Assembly: GCA_010909165.1 (NCBI GenBank)
Contig: MU008159.1
Location: 806,001-870,000, forward strand
Length of the DNA stretch: 64,000 nucleotides
Direction of reading: 5' to 3'
Origin: Anthoceros angustus
Taxonomy: Eukaryota > Plantae > Anthocerotophyta
The notes below the pieces were generated by a model, which was not told the origin of the DNA, made no database searches, and saw only the letters and a list, made by a program, of their open reading frames with translations. The position numbers were made by a program, and so were the translations under genes. This document shows, in pieces, positions 1 to 13,661 of the stretch. Position 1 is the first letter of the stretch. Each line of letters starts with the position of its first letter.

Positions 1-1129
1 ATAGCAACATTATGGTTCCTAACAAGCTATGTGCACGAAGCTATTTTGCTGATTGCTTAAGACATCAAGAGCTACCTTACGTAGACTTCGAGAAATTCTC
101 GTCAAATGCATCCCAGTTGCTGGTTTCAGTCAAAGATGACAAATTTATAATGTGAACAGGCACACTAGGAGGGAGTTCATCCACTGGAGACCCGTTTTTT
201 AGGCTATCTGCAATATGTGACAATTTTTTGCCATCAAATTTCCTTCTGCCGGTTGATCTTGCAAATATGAGAGGCTGATCTGGTGTTGGCGTTGGACGTG
301 CGCGGCTTCTCTCCTTCACAGAGCAGGCGCGCGCTCTCCTTCCATGTCCATGGCAAGAGGACACCCTTTTTCTTTGGCAGAGGACCGGCGCACGGTGGCA
401 ATCTTCCTTGCCTGTTTGTGGGCGTCTGCAGCATTGGGCCGGCCTCGGACACATGCCACAGCACGCCACCGCATTCCAACGCCGCGCAGATTCATGACCG
501 CCGCGCAGCGCGACTTTGAGCTTTCCCTTGTGACTTATTTGCTGAGCTATGGCTGCAAGGCGCGCCCATCCTTCTCCTTTTCCGGTATGCGTATGCACAA
601 GGGCGCCCGACGACGGACTCTAAATGCTGCAGCGAGGGCACCAGGCACTTGTGTGGTGCGAGCGTGGCGCTACCAAGGGCGTGACCTCCGCATCGCCTCC
701 CTTGAACCTGCGGTGCAGCGCGCGTGGGCAAACCGCCCACGCGCGTCGCGCATTTGTGTCCAGGAAGAGTGAGGGGATGCGGTGGCGACGGCCAGTTTCC
801 AGCAGATTGCACTGATTCTAACAAAGATGCTCCTATCGCCATCGCCAGATACCTGCAAGCAAGCACCCACCACAAGTTTGATGATGACAGCAAGACGACA
901 ACTAACCATCAAAACCCATTTTTGGTTTTGAGAATAAAGTCCTATTTTCTAGTTTCATTTTTATTTTCATATTTTATGGCTATTTTCTAATTACAATAAA
1001 TGCCCATTTATCAACAACATAAGTTTGGATTTTCCTTTAGCTCTTTAGCTTGCTAGTTTAGGAAATCCTTAAACCTACTTAGCTTATTTTCCTAGCTTAA
1101 TCTCACCCTCATCTCATAGTGAATGGGAG

Positions 1130-1366
1130 TGATAAAATATATACCTCTCTAGGGCACTATTCGCCAAGGCACCTTTAAATCCCTAGAATTAATGATTTAT
1201 TAATTCTTAGGGCTGGAAGTAGTTTCTTAGGAAGTTACTTAAGTAGTTAGTTGTTATATCGGTTATATCGGTTGCAACAACCTTTAACCATTTGTACTAT
1301 ATAAATACTTATTCTAGGCAACATAATCAATGCTAAGAATCCTTTGGGCAAGCATGATTCTCATCA
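1130..1366 (+). mobile_element. 237-bp LTR (TG...CA) preceded by a polypurine tract
   Basis: Starts TGATAAAAT, ends CTCATCA, preceded by purine-rich GAATGGGAG; it is a diverged reverse complement of 6835-7071 (also 237 bp). Confidence 0.8.
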
Positions 1367-2926
1367 GAAACCCGTTGGCAAGGCAGCCCTCAAGGACTTC
1401 GGAGAGATGAATGAGACATTCGTCAAGGTGTCTGCCGGAAGCAATGCCTCTCTTCTTCACAGACTGTCCCTGCCAAACTTTTGTCTGCTTCCAACTTGGA
1501 ACACAAAAGCAATCCCATCAGTTCACGCAATCCTATTTGTCTCATCGGATTCTTCAAGGCATCATGCTATATTAGAAGGTGCATAACTGGTCTAAGCGCT
1601 CTATTCAAGACCCCACCGAAAATAACTTTCCTTTGGAGATCAGTAGGCCCTTCCATGAAAGCAAGCATGGATGTTTTTGTGACAGCAGGTGAGACTTTGC
1701 TCTATACAAAATATCTTCAAAGACACTACAGATCAGAGTGCTCTTGCAAATGTCAACAGTGACTATCGCAAAGCTTAAGTTAAAGCTTAATTTGATCTCA
1801 CATTCTCTAGCAATGATTGAGCAATAATTTACACAATGAAAAGATTTGTAAAAACCATATTGGTTAGATATCACAAGGAGCAAGTACTTACCTTGGAGCT
1901 TAACCAAAATCAAGATGATTTGATTATTAAATTGCTGGACAATGCATAGATTCCTGAGTATTGGAGAGGACAAAGCAACCTCACCTTTTCATCTTGGTTT
2001 ATTTATCTCAATAAATTGTACCAGTTTGCTCCAACGTGCAAATGGGTGCATGCACGCTTAGGTAGATCACATTTTATTACAAAAGCAAAAGTGGACTAGA
2101 TGCAACATGTGCCCGATAGCTTTAATTATAAAATAATGACATAATTGCTAGTAATTACCTTTTATAAATTACTAAGCACAATTTGAAGTTAGGAAAAAAT
2201 TTGAGTCAATTAAACCAATTTTCGAACATTGAGAAATATTTAAAAGATAACGTGGACATAATAAGTGTTCGTTTTTCGTTGCGTTCTTCCCCATTTAAAG
2301 TGGTCTTCCAACATGCCGAACAACATTTGGAGAATGTAGGATCACAACAGTACCCTGGAATATGCCATTGGAAGCATGGACACATTCACGCTTTGACATA
2401 CTAAAACATTTGCAGCACTCTTGCATAGAGTGAGAAGCTTTGATGCACTTGGGAATTTGGAGTCTCGCGCGCAACGAGTCGACGTTTTCACAAAGTCTTC
2501 GGAAATGGAGGCGACGCTGTGAGAGGGTGCACTTCCTTCGAAGGCTATGAGGACATCTAGCGAGAAGAGTAGAGGCGTTGCAGACAAAGAGATTGCTGGT
2601 GGCACCTGGATTTCGATCGGATCTGGTCTATGGTGTACCAAAGAGTAGCAGATATAATTCTTTCCGGATTATTTCTAGATACTCAATAATTTTTTAAGAG
2701 TTGTAAGATTTATTAGGATTACTTTTGATGAATTTTAAAATACATTTATATTGTACAATAGGTATATAAAATGCATACCTTTGTCAATAACAACTTGTTT
2801 GCATATCTCCATCAATAACAAGTTGAAAGTTTTTTCTTGCTCAGTTTGATCTCTAGTTTTTCTTGTCTCTGCTTATTGTTTTAGAATATTGATGTAAAAA
2901 GTAAAGCCAAAGTCCAAACATGTGTA

Positions 2927-3274
2927 TCGTACCCCGAGGGGTGGTTCAACAGGATAATGCCGAAATAATTTTTTTTTGAAAAAATAAGGTTCAACATAAA
3001 TATTTATATTTTTCAAAATTTCAACATTTAAAAAAAATAATTTTATCAAATTTCAATATTTATTAAAATAAATGGGTATATATGTAAAACTAATGAATAT
3101 GTATAGACCTCCCCTAAACAGGTCCTAATTTTCCACACAAACCCTAATTTCCTTGTTTTCGGTATCATAAACTCATAAATTTTTACCTATTCAACATTTT
3201 AAGTAAATAATTTCTGGATTTTCAAATTTTACTAATTTTAATTAATTAACGCCGAATCACCCCTTGGGGTTCAG
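2927..3274 (+). mobile_element. ~350-bp AT-rich MITE with (C)CGTACCCC-type TIRs, probably Tc1/mariner group (TA target)
   Basis: Left end TCGTACCCCGAGGGTGGTTC and right end GAATCACCCCTTGGGGTTCAG are imperfect inverted repeats, flanked by TA on both sides; homologous halves occur at 37128-37323 and 56905-57063. Confidence 0.7.
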
Positions 3275-3813
3275 TAATATCCCAAACAAGTTGTTGTTTT
3301 GTTGTTCGAGCCAACTCGTGTCTACTTTTTACATCAATATTCCAAACAGGTTTTCATGTCTGCTAGCAGGTGGAAGATTGCAACTTGTGAGTTTCCAACT
3401 GCAACATTGTATGTTGGATCTATTGGTGTTGTCGGGAATTGTGGTCGCATGAAATGTGATGCTTCCTAAATTGATGCAAGATCAATTGTTGCTTGCAGAG
3501 GGCGCGTATTGGATTGGTGAAAGATGAGATTAACTTTTTTCTGATAGAAATAGCCTGTAGCTGGTCTTTGAGATTGTTACAGTTTCGCCATGGCAACTGG
3601 ATCTGCATCTCTTTCATTCGCTATTTTTCTTTGTTACGTTCTTTCCAAAGAGTCCAAACTCAGATTAGCGACCGGATGGGAAGGCATAACTTTGTAAAAA
3701 AGCTGGGTCGAAGTTGTGATTGCTGCATTTCAGTCATCATGTGTAAGCTATTTCTTTGACCTAGATACTATAGTCCTACCGAAATGACGTTTCAGTCGTG
3801 TTTCTTTTAGAAG

Positions 3814-5238
3814 TTGCCCTTAGATGCGTTATCGTGTCTCGCCATATTCGCTGTCCCTAATTTGTTCCCACTAATTACCGTGAGTCGACGGCTTCAACTA
3901 CACGGCTTCGACAACGATGAAACATTCAGCCCGGTACTTCAAATTACCTCCTTAGGAACTCTTACGGCATTAGCTTCTCACCATGACTATGAACTAATAC
4001 AGTTAGATATAAAAACTGCTTTCCTATATGGCAACCCCGACCATGATATTTGTATGGAAATACCTGAGGGTATACATTTTAAAAATAAGGTAAAATATCA
4101 TGCATGTAAATTATCAAAGACATTGTATGGACTCAAACAAAGTGCCATGAAATGGAACTCTAAACTAGATACTAATCTTAAGGCCCTAGGTTTTACAAGG
4201 TTAGATTCGGATAGCAACATCTATATTAGAAGATCGGACAATGATTTCATTGTGTTAGGAGTGTATGTAGATGATATTGTACTAATGTCTAATTCTAAGG
4301 ACATATTAGAAGACACCATGTTAATGCTTTCAAAAAGGTTTGCTATGACCACGTGCAGGGACCTTTCTTATTGTCTGGGCATTCAAGTCCTTAGACATAG
4401 AAATGCTAGAAGCCTATTTATCCACCAATCAAAATATATTCAGGAGATTTTAACTAAGTATAAAATGTTAGAGGCCAAACCTATATCTACTCCAATGGAA
4501 GTTAACCTAAAACTTAGCACATATGATGAGCAACAAGATCCATACTCCAACGCCGATGAGCTTCCCTACTCCTCAGCCATAGTGAGCCTTATGTATCTTA
4601 TGGTCTGCACAACACCTGACTTGGCATTCTCAGTGGGGAGCTTTATCACAATTTCTAGCTAATCCCACACTCCTAGGACCATTGGAAGGCTGTTAAACGT
4701 GACTGTGTTTAGATACCTCAGGGTCACCTCAGATATGAGACTCCTATGTCAAACACACATCAAGCAAGATGAGCCCCTCTAGCTCATAGGTTTCAGCGAC
4801 GTAGATTAGGCTGGAAACCCTAATGATAGGACAAGCACTAGCAGCTAGAGGCAACAAGTTGTAGTCCTTAGCTCGACAAAAGCAGAATATTGTTCTTGAA
4901 CTCATGCAGGGAAGGAAGATAAATAGCAGCTGCTAGAACTATCGGAGCTAGGGGAACAACAACAGATACCTAGGCCTCTTTACTGCGACAATCAGGCAAC
5001 CATCTCACTCACTTATAACCCAAAGTTCCATGCGCGTACTAAACATGTGGAAGTTCAATTCCATTTTATTAGACAGATAGTCGAGGATGGGAAATTTGAC
5101 GTCCTCTACTTCCCGAAGAAACAAATGGTTGCTGACGTGCTCACCAAGGCTCTTACTACAGCCCAATATCAACCACACTCAGCAACAGTGGGATTAAGAA
5201 GAATATCAGAAGTTAATAATCAAGATCAAAATACTTAA
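3814..5238 (+). pseudogene. Ty1/Copia pol remnant (reverse transcriptase and RNase H)
   Basis: Motifs ETFSPV, QLDIKTAFLYG, LYGLKQSAMKW, VYVDDI, PYSSAIVSLMYL, then CDNQA...TKHVEVQFHFIR...ADVLTKAL, with stops and frameshifts after 4662; followed by a PPT-like AAGTGGGAG and TGTTAG (start of a truncated 3' LTR, ~5268). Confidence 0.92.
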
Positions 5239-5294
5239 ACTAATGTCCGCTTACCAAGTGGGAGTGTTAGAATAAAAGTAAGCTAGGGCACAAG

Positions 5295-7071
5295 TTAGGG
5301 CACACGGCCTCTTCCTCTACCTCTGCCAGTGAACATCGCCTGCTGTCTGCTGGATTGGTAATCTTGTCGACAATTTGACTCCTCCCGGATCAATGCTCCA
5401 ATTAACTCAGTAAGACTGATGTCCAGATCTTCATCTGAGTCGTGTATCCCCTTTGCGAGCATTTCTGAAAACAGCATTGTGAGTTTGTTACAAATGATCT
5501 GTAGGAGGGTGATAAGGATAATAATAGACCAACAAAATAGGTTAACTCCAGGAGTTTATTGTTAGATGCAGCTTCTAGTTGTGATCGTGCCAAACGAAAT
5601 ATCAAACTCATAACATCTTTGGAAGAGAACAGTTGGGTGAGATGGTCCCACATTTGTTTAGATGATCCTGCTTCACTAATGTGCCTCACCATTTATTGTG
5701 AAAGGCCACTTATGAAGATATCTTGAGCTTTCTTGTCCTTAACGTCTCAGGTACATTTACTCTCCGATGCCCAAGAAGGGCACTCGTGGCTTCCACTAAC
5801 GATGTCCCAAAGCTCTCAATTGCACAAGACTCCTCTCATTCGTAGGCGCCAGATGTCGTAATCCTTGCCGTTGAATCTGTCCTTCTCCTTGAAGTTGTCT
5901 CCATAATTATGAATAATTGTTGACTTCATATAAGATGAGTCTCTATCATTATCTTTATCCTTGGACTTTTCCTTATTGAAATCGTCAACAGATTGTTCTT
6001 CATCATCGTCCAGCCGAGACATTGCAGGATGTTTAGAGAGCACGAATATGTCGTGCTGGTGTCGACTTAGGAAAGCTCATGTATGCAGAATTATCTGCAT
6101 CCTCATCAGAATCAGCATCTGCATATTCAGGAACTAGTGGATGCAAAGGACTGTTGTTAAATGGAATAGATACTTGCAATTCAATTGATCAACGCGACTG
6201 CTAAGATCATAGATTTCGCTTATCAGTAAGCCTAATCTATCTTGAGCAAATTCGTAAAGTTCCTTTATATCTGACTAAATTGAGGCGACACTTGGCTGCA
6301 AAGTGTTAGAGTAGGAGTAGAAGGACGTGCACTGATGTTAGGAATACCTTGCAATGCTAACTCAATAGCCTTAACTTGTATTGGAGATAATGAGGTAAGC
6401 AATCTACTTCTAGCTACTTTGATTTTATGTCCTTGATTGTCAGACTTCATCAAAATTGAACCAATGAAATTACAAACTTGTTTTGAAAGTTCTTCAATTT
6501 CGTCAATTCAAGTATTTGCCTTTTTCAAACACAAAATGTCGTGTGTCTTATAAAATTTCTCCTGCTTTGCTGCTTTGCAGCCTTGGATGCTCTCCAATTC
6601 TTATGCTTACCAGGATTTAAGAGATCCATGGCAAATTGGAGAGAATTGGATGCACAAATTGTGCATCATATAAAAACAATGTTGAACATGATGCAACTGC
6701 TGCAAAAGATCAAATCTCCTCGATGCCTATCTAAAAATTAGAGAATTTAAACTAGAATAGGTATTAGAAGATTGATAGCTTCGTAGCCAGCAAGTAGCAC
6801 GCTCAAAAATCAAGAGCTAGGTGCTCTGATACCATGATAAGAATCATGCTTGCTCAAAGGATTCTTAGCATTGATTATATTGCCTAGAACAAGTGTTTAA
6901 ATAGTACAAACGGTTAGAGGTTATTGCAAATGATATAACCGATATAACAACTAACTACTTAAGTAACTTCCTAAGAAACTACTTCTAGTCTTAAGAATTA
7001 ATTATTCATTAATTCTAGGGATTTAAAGGTGTCCTAGCGAATAGTGCCATAAATAGGTATATATATTATCA
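5295..7071 (-). mobile_element. 5' part of a second Copia-like element: LTR (6835-7071), tRNA-Met PBS, long leader, degenerate gag
   Basis: On the minus strand the LTR is followed by TGGTATCAGAGC (plus-strand GCTCTGATACCA, 6823-6834); gag motif RFNGKDYDIWRLRMRGVL (5816-6043), SSKQMWDHLTQLF, and an RGRGRG tail; truncated at ~5290. Confidence 0.85.
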
Positions 7072-10000
7072 TTTCAAGGTTTGCGCCCCTTCCACGTACA
7101 TGTTCTCCTACTGTAATCAACTGCTGGTACTTGTTTGGAATTTAAAGAAGAGCGGGCCTTTGCGCAGGGTTGCAGCTATGTTGCCGCAGGCTCAATGTTG
7201 GGAATGGAGGTGGATCAGGATGTCAGTGATGACGTCCTCGAGCTTGTTTCCTGGTGATAGCTATTTATTTCCTTTTTTGTCCTTGATCGCCGACTAATGT
7301 CCTTACTACAGGAGTTGTAGGGACGGGTGGCAGAGACGAAAAAGTGGTCATTCAAGATTTGGTTAGAGCAGGGGTAAGGCGTCGGTGCTTGCAGATGGCC
7401 TTGCGGGCACACGGCTCCAGTAAGGGAGTATATGAGATTCAGTTGCTGGAACCTTTCCCTAGTTACAAGCTGAACCACATGTCGTCCAATGTTAGTTCTG
7501 ATGCGGATGCGACTGTGAGGGCCACTCTGCTTGTTGCGGTCAAAACCATGGTTGCTGATGATAATTGGATCTGCGTTGGTTGTTGTGGGGATCCTGAGGT
7601 TGCTAAACGGACCGAAGAGCGGTGAAGATGTTGCTAGTGTCTAGCCCCTGCCTAATGGTGAAATTCAACAACTTGGAAGAGTTTCACTAGCTTCATTTTG
7701 AACGAGATTTATTCATTGAATCCAATGAGCACATATATGGCTCCCACAGCACTGAAGGAGATTCGGCTCCAAATGTTCCCGAGAATTAGAGAGTTAGCAA
7801 GCCAAAGAGTGAAAAAGCTCGTGGATTGGGATTGAGAGATGGCTAAGGCGAGTAATCTGTCATGGGGTGCAGCTTTTTTGTTGAGAAAACTCAGAAGCTG
7901 ATCCAAAACACACCCACACTAGGGCTGTCCAAGCATGATGCCATCATTCTTTTGAAGGCATTGCTGACGACTTCGGACTTGATCAAGACCTCCCCAATTG
8001 GGCTGAACCCTTTTAGATTGACATTGACAGACGAGGCAAGTAGGGTGCTTGATCGATATTAGTGGGTTATTGATACCTGCCACCGTTTTACAAGTGCAAG
8101 ACCGGGTGGATGCGGATTTGCTAGTCAATCCGGTGCAGTGGATGGCAATGCAACTGTAGCTTTGAGTCCACATTATTAAACAGTTCTCGAACAATTTTCA
8201 GGTGGTGCTACCAAACCATGCGGCCGGTTTGAACTTTTAAGTTTTAGCCATAGGATAAGTTAACCTTTCTACATATCCCAAGGGGATTTCCCCTACCTGT
8301 TCTGTTTTTTATTATATATAAATCAATATGGATTCTACTAAAAAAGCAAAGACATATGTGGTAAATTATCGAATCTTTCATGCCACATTTTTCATATGCT
8401 TTAAATTTGTTACCTTTTCACCCCATGTGCGTTGGTTTGCACAACTACTAGATGGACACTGGTTTGATCAGCATTCACAACCAAGCTTGGCATAATGTTA
8501 TAGAGCTCTTTCTTAAATATGAGAGCCTTCATCATTCTTTGAGCAAATGTTTTTTGTAATATAGTGAACGATATTTATTGCTTTACAACTTGAATTTCCT
8601 CTACTTGTTGCTTTCTTCCCGGAGGGTTTCCGCCGGCTCTGCTATTACGCATGTACGGAACAACGTGGGAGATGCAGCTTCTTCGACACCGATTGTAAGT
8701 AGGCCTTTTCACATCCCTAACCACGAGGTTCTTCGGGCGGTTGGTAGTTTTGAAATGCGTGATCGTGGGGGCTAGTCCCCCTGGCATGGTGCCCTTCGTT
8801 GGTTTTTTCCCCCTTTGTTTTTGGGGTGGATGGATTTTTCCCATGTTTTTTATAATAAAGTCTTCTTTTCATTAGAAAAAATTCCTCTACGATATCATCT
8901 TTGCCTACATCAGGCCTCTAAGAAAGATTTTGTAGATGTGTAAGAGACCTTGCTTATACTGTATCTCTTTCATTGTCAACCTAATATTTTCTTTGAGCTC
9001 CCCTACTTGTGTGAATCAAGTCATTTAAGAAGCATCTATTTGATATTTATCTGTCGAGTTGCTTCTGGACCTAGCTTAAATAAGTCAATGCTAAATTTAC
9101 GTTTTCACTATTCTTATTTGCACAAAGTTCTTTAGGTCAATGAAACGAGGAGCTCCACCCAACCTTAAAAGCCGTAGGTATTAACTGGATAGATAAAAGA
9201 AAACATAAAACCCACTCATGATTTTCTTCTTTCTATTTATGGTTTGTGAGGTACTACAAAATTACAAAGGGAGGTAGATATATTATACTACATATTTAAT
9301 ATATTATCAAAAATATAAATTAAACTAATCAAATTAATTTTTTTCCAAACAAAAATTATTCGACATGAGGGTGTTTAAAATTGGTGGCCCCATCGATACA
9401 CTACGATATACATATATATCATCCTTCCTTGAGAAATGCCAGAAGTTCAGTGGAACTCCATAGCTAAGTGAGCTGTCAAATCACTATTGAGATTAGATAT
9501 CGGCCATCCCCAATGACTCTTGGCTCTTGAAGGCCTGCCTGTTGTGAAGTCTTTTGAGGTTGCCTTATGTACGATCTCTGTTGCGAAGCCTTATATACGA
9601 TCTCAGTTTCTCGATTGCAAAAAGCGTCGTTGTTGTAAGGGCCTTTACGGACTTTCTGACATATAATCTCTACCTGCAATGGGCCGCTGTTGTAAAGCTC
9701 TTAGGGGCTACCTTACATATGATATCTGCCCGCAATGGGCCACTAAGGGGCCTCTTAATTGGTTATCTCCGCCATTGGATAGCCCTTGGCACTCCTATAA
9801 ATATATAATTTATTTTATAAAATTAGATCATTGATAGATGAGTGTTTATACTTACTTACTCATATTTATTTCAAAACTGGTGGTCCCACGTTTATGAATT
9901 CGCTCCGAGGGAGTGCGGCGTGCGATAAAGGGATGACATCGGGCAAACAAGCCTCAAGGGCGAAAAGCTTTTGAGCAAGCAACCTCCTCGCTTGGGCACA

Positions 10001-10778
10001 TGCCCATCTTTCAAATCTGGCGCCCTATTTTAGGGTCAAAAACAAAAGTAAAAACGGATAAACTGCGAGGAACGGAATAGCTTGTAAAGAACTCTGGTCT
10101 CCTCTCCTCTCCTCCCCTCCCCCTCGGGCCTCGGGAGAAGAAGAAGAAGAAGATATTATTTAAGTCCACTAAGGACGGATTTTTGTCATGGGACTTAGTA
10201 CTTAACAACTTGTACCATGGTAAGTTTAAGCTACTTGCACCAAGGCATCCACTCCCTTTAGGCACCCTATCTAAGTACTGATCTAAGCGCATGATGCTTA
10301 ATCACGACGTTCTTATAAATGTGTGTCGATATGGCATGTGCAAACTGGAATACCTACAACATACACACCTAGTTTCGGCACGTGATTGGGTGGACATATT
10401 TATGTCGGATACGATTTGTCGCCTGTGCAATGTAGGTATGTATACGGTTAGATATTTGCCCGCGGATACGCTACACAGCCCGATTAGCGGCCGGCCGAGC
10501 GATGAGAGTGATGCGACGGCTGAGATGCCGCCGCGTCCAACACGCGTTTCAAAATAGGGTAGACAACGTGCAGGAGGCAGAAAGGCAGGAAGGATGGGAT
10601 GAAACATTGGAACTCGGGCAGCAATTCTAGATGTTTGGGAGATCGAGATCGTGACCGTGACCGCCACCTTCGTGTGTGCGGGGCTGCGTCGTGCTCAGGT
10701 CTTTCTGGAGCCCCGAGCCCAGCAGGGAAGGTGTCGAATTACACCAGGCCTGTAGATGGGTGCTCGACTTGCGCAGCC

Positions 10779-13661
10779 ATGGTGTTGAGTGACACTGTAA
10801 TGGGCTATTCGTCAGACTGGTGCAATCCGGAATCATCTGCTGCCGCCTGTCCTGAAGGTGAAACTGAGGTAAGTGAGCACCCGCTCCAGCCGATTTTGTT
10901 GGGCCTTGTCGTCGTCGGTTTGATGGAGTAAAATTCGATGCGGGGTGTGTGTGCGCAGGCATCGACCCTTGACCCGAGTTACATCATCCATCTGTTGAGG
11001 CAACTGCTCCCGGACATTCATCGGGAAGCAGACCAAACACGTGTTGTTGACCAGAGGAAGGAGCCAGGGGTGCCTTTGACGGAGGAGGAGGTTGGTGGCG
11101 CTGTTTTGAATGAGTGTAGGGAGGATCAGCCGCCGCATTTTGCAGGGGAACCTCACGGAATTTGCGGAACTCTGCCAGTCCAGCAGGGAGAATTGAGCAG
11201 GGATGACGAACAATGCGGGAGCGAGACCGCTCCCAGCACTTCTGCAGACGGTACGGGTGACGGAGGATCAGAGGGTGTTGATGTTGTTCTTGGAGGACTG
11301 AGTAAGATTGAGGAAACGGTAGAAGTAAAAGAGGATCCAAGAGAAGAAGCAGGTTGTGTTTTATGGGATCTTGCTGCTAGCCAATGTCATGCTGATTTCC
11401 TGGTAAGCGACGAAAAATGGGAGCGTTTGTTGCGGGCACATTCCCCCTTGGATGTCAGTGCAAGCATCGGTGGCTGTGCGTGCCACTCTTCTTGGGGACT
11501 GATGGGGCTGCAATCTGGTCCTTGCCTTTGACAGGTTGAGAACCATGTCCTCGATGTCTTGCTAGGCATACTGCAGATTCCACAGTCTGACAGGATGAGG
11601 GTAAGAGCTAACGTATACTTGTTGTCAGTCCTCAGATTTCGGCCTGTCCACTATCTGGAAATTGTAGAGCCTAGTCCTCTGTTTTGTAGTAAGTCTCTGT
11701 GAGCAGACCGCAGATCTAAGCTGTTCTTCTCAGGGGATGTAACAAATTCTCCTCTGGTTTAGGAAATCTGCTTGGGCATTCTTGGGAATCTAGCCTGTCA
11801 TTTGGGGCCTGAGAGAGCAATGGTTTCCACGCGAGGATTGCTGGAGACTGTTGTCCTACAGTTGTATGTGGATGATTCTCCGAGCTTAACTGAAACCTGC
11901 AGGTTAGTTATTATGAGCTAACAAAATTGAAGTTCACGAGAGGAATCACTGCTTTTTCTCAGTGACGGAAGTATAACTTGTCCAGGTCATGAATGTGCAG
12001 ATTGCTTAGTGCTGGTCTTCATAGCGAAGTTGCCTCTACATGGGTAGAGGCTCTGAAATCTGAGGATACCTTGGAGCGAATTATGTGGATTTCAGGGAAC
12101 ACGTTGAATCCTCAGTTGCTTGAGAAGGTTTGTGGTTATAGGGTTGGAAGATTTTGCTGATGTTCTCTGCTTGGCTTATTGTTGCAGTTGGCTGAGTGCC
12201 AGTGCTACCTTTTGCGACTGACGTGAATTTCAGGGCCCTCTGAATCACCTGCATTGATTTCAGTAGCTTTTTCAGTGTGTAAGATTCGAGTTTTTTGTGC
12301 AGCAGAGTAGTGAGCTGTTGTTGGCAATGGTGGATAGTCAAACGGATGCGTCAACTGTTCTTCTTCCTATCCTCCTGAAGTTGCGCCTGCCAGAGCTTCT
12401 CACTGATTTACTCTCATGCGAACTTAGCACCATAACGTCTAACGCTCCCTCACGTGGGTAAGTTATTTGCAGTTAAGACTTGATCATGTTGCAGTCGTCA
12501 TAATTCATTGTCAAAGATTCATCAGCTGCATTGCTTCTTAGTTTAACGCTGTTTTCCATTTTTTTTCTTTGGATGATCTAGGGATGTGGTCTTGGATATT
12601 GTACTACAGATAGCAGAAGCACTGTCCATCTCCGATGATTATGCAACCGAGCTTGCAGCCAATCCAAAGCTTTTCTCTCTAGCTTGTGAAGTTATCCGGC
12701 TATCCTCGAGGGATGAGGTGCGACTTCGCCCGCCAGGAACCTTTTTCCAGCACTGTACAACTCCGCGTGTATCCTGACGCCGGGAATATTGATCACCTGC
12801 AGATTGGGCCGTCGGGGATCACAGCAGCAGTTCTTGTTGCAAATCTTCTTTCAGAAGAAGCAGGACTGATAAACGAAGTGTCTGGCGGTATGCAGTTTGT
12901 TTTCTGGTCAGCTTCGTTATTTGTATGTAAGCAAGTGTGGAATGCAACACGTTTCTGCCTTTGGCAATCGTTTTGATGCAGCAAACAATTCTGAGAAGTT
13001 GCCAAATACCAGATGCTGTTCTCTCAAAACATCTATTTTTCCTTCTTCCATCTGCTGGAGAGGACCCTGGGGCTAGAAATGCTTTGTGGAGTATTTTGAA
13101 CAGAATCTGCAAATGTATGGGGGCAACTCCACTTCAAAAGGCTAACGCGAGACAAGAACAAGTTCTCCAAGTCTTTGCAGATGGAAGTTGTGCATTGGTG
13201 GAAGATCTGGATTCACACCGTGGAGAAGACATGAGGGAAGAGCAACGGGCACTTGCCGGATATGATGCTGCTTCCATCACAAGCAGGGGTCTACAAGCGA
13301 AACTTGCCACAGTATCCTACATGTGTTTGCGTCACATCTGCTGCCAAGCTATCCTGACATGCATGCATCCCAGTTGTTACCAGAACTTCCCTTCCCTGCT
13401 GGAGATGTATGGCATCTTCCTCTCTCTGCAAATTTGCTGGTCTTAACTTCGCGTAATCAGGCCTCGCACATGATTGCAATCATGGAACAATGGACGGCTT
13501 TGCAGGGGGATAATGCTGGTGAGGATGCTGTGTCGGCTCAATCCTTGAAGAGTGCTTGCCATCTTCTGAGACACGAGGTGGACACGATCAAGCGAAGATG
13601 TGCTGACGAACTGGACATCGCCAGAGCAGAACAAAATGGGAATACTCATCCCATTTGCTGA
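10779..13661 (+). CDS. SAAL1: SAAL1-like ARM-repeat protein (about 9 exons; an upstream in-frame ATG at 10599 is possible)
   Basis: Spliced GT-AG reading gives LDPSYIIHLLRQLLP...EEAGCVLWDLAASQCHADFL|VENHVLDVLL...|EICLGILGNLACH...|IGPSGITAAVLVANLL, the conserved plant SAAL1-like motifs; stop at 13659-13661. Confidence 0.85.

Noticed and set aside
77-598. 173-aa minus-strand ORF; 81-260 looks like an exon (AG acceptor, GTAAG donor)
   Set aside because: No recognisable family, and the rest of any gene lies outside the window; not enough support for a feature call.
1367-2641. Degenerate minus-strand coding-like fragments (possible hAT or other transposase)
   Set aside because: Only vague resemblances and no diagnostic motif in a consistent frame.
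7100-8200. Short ORFs possibly from a LINE or host gene
   Set aside because: No RT, endonuclease or other conserved motif found.
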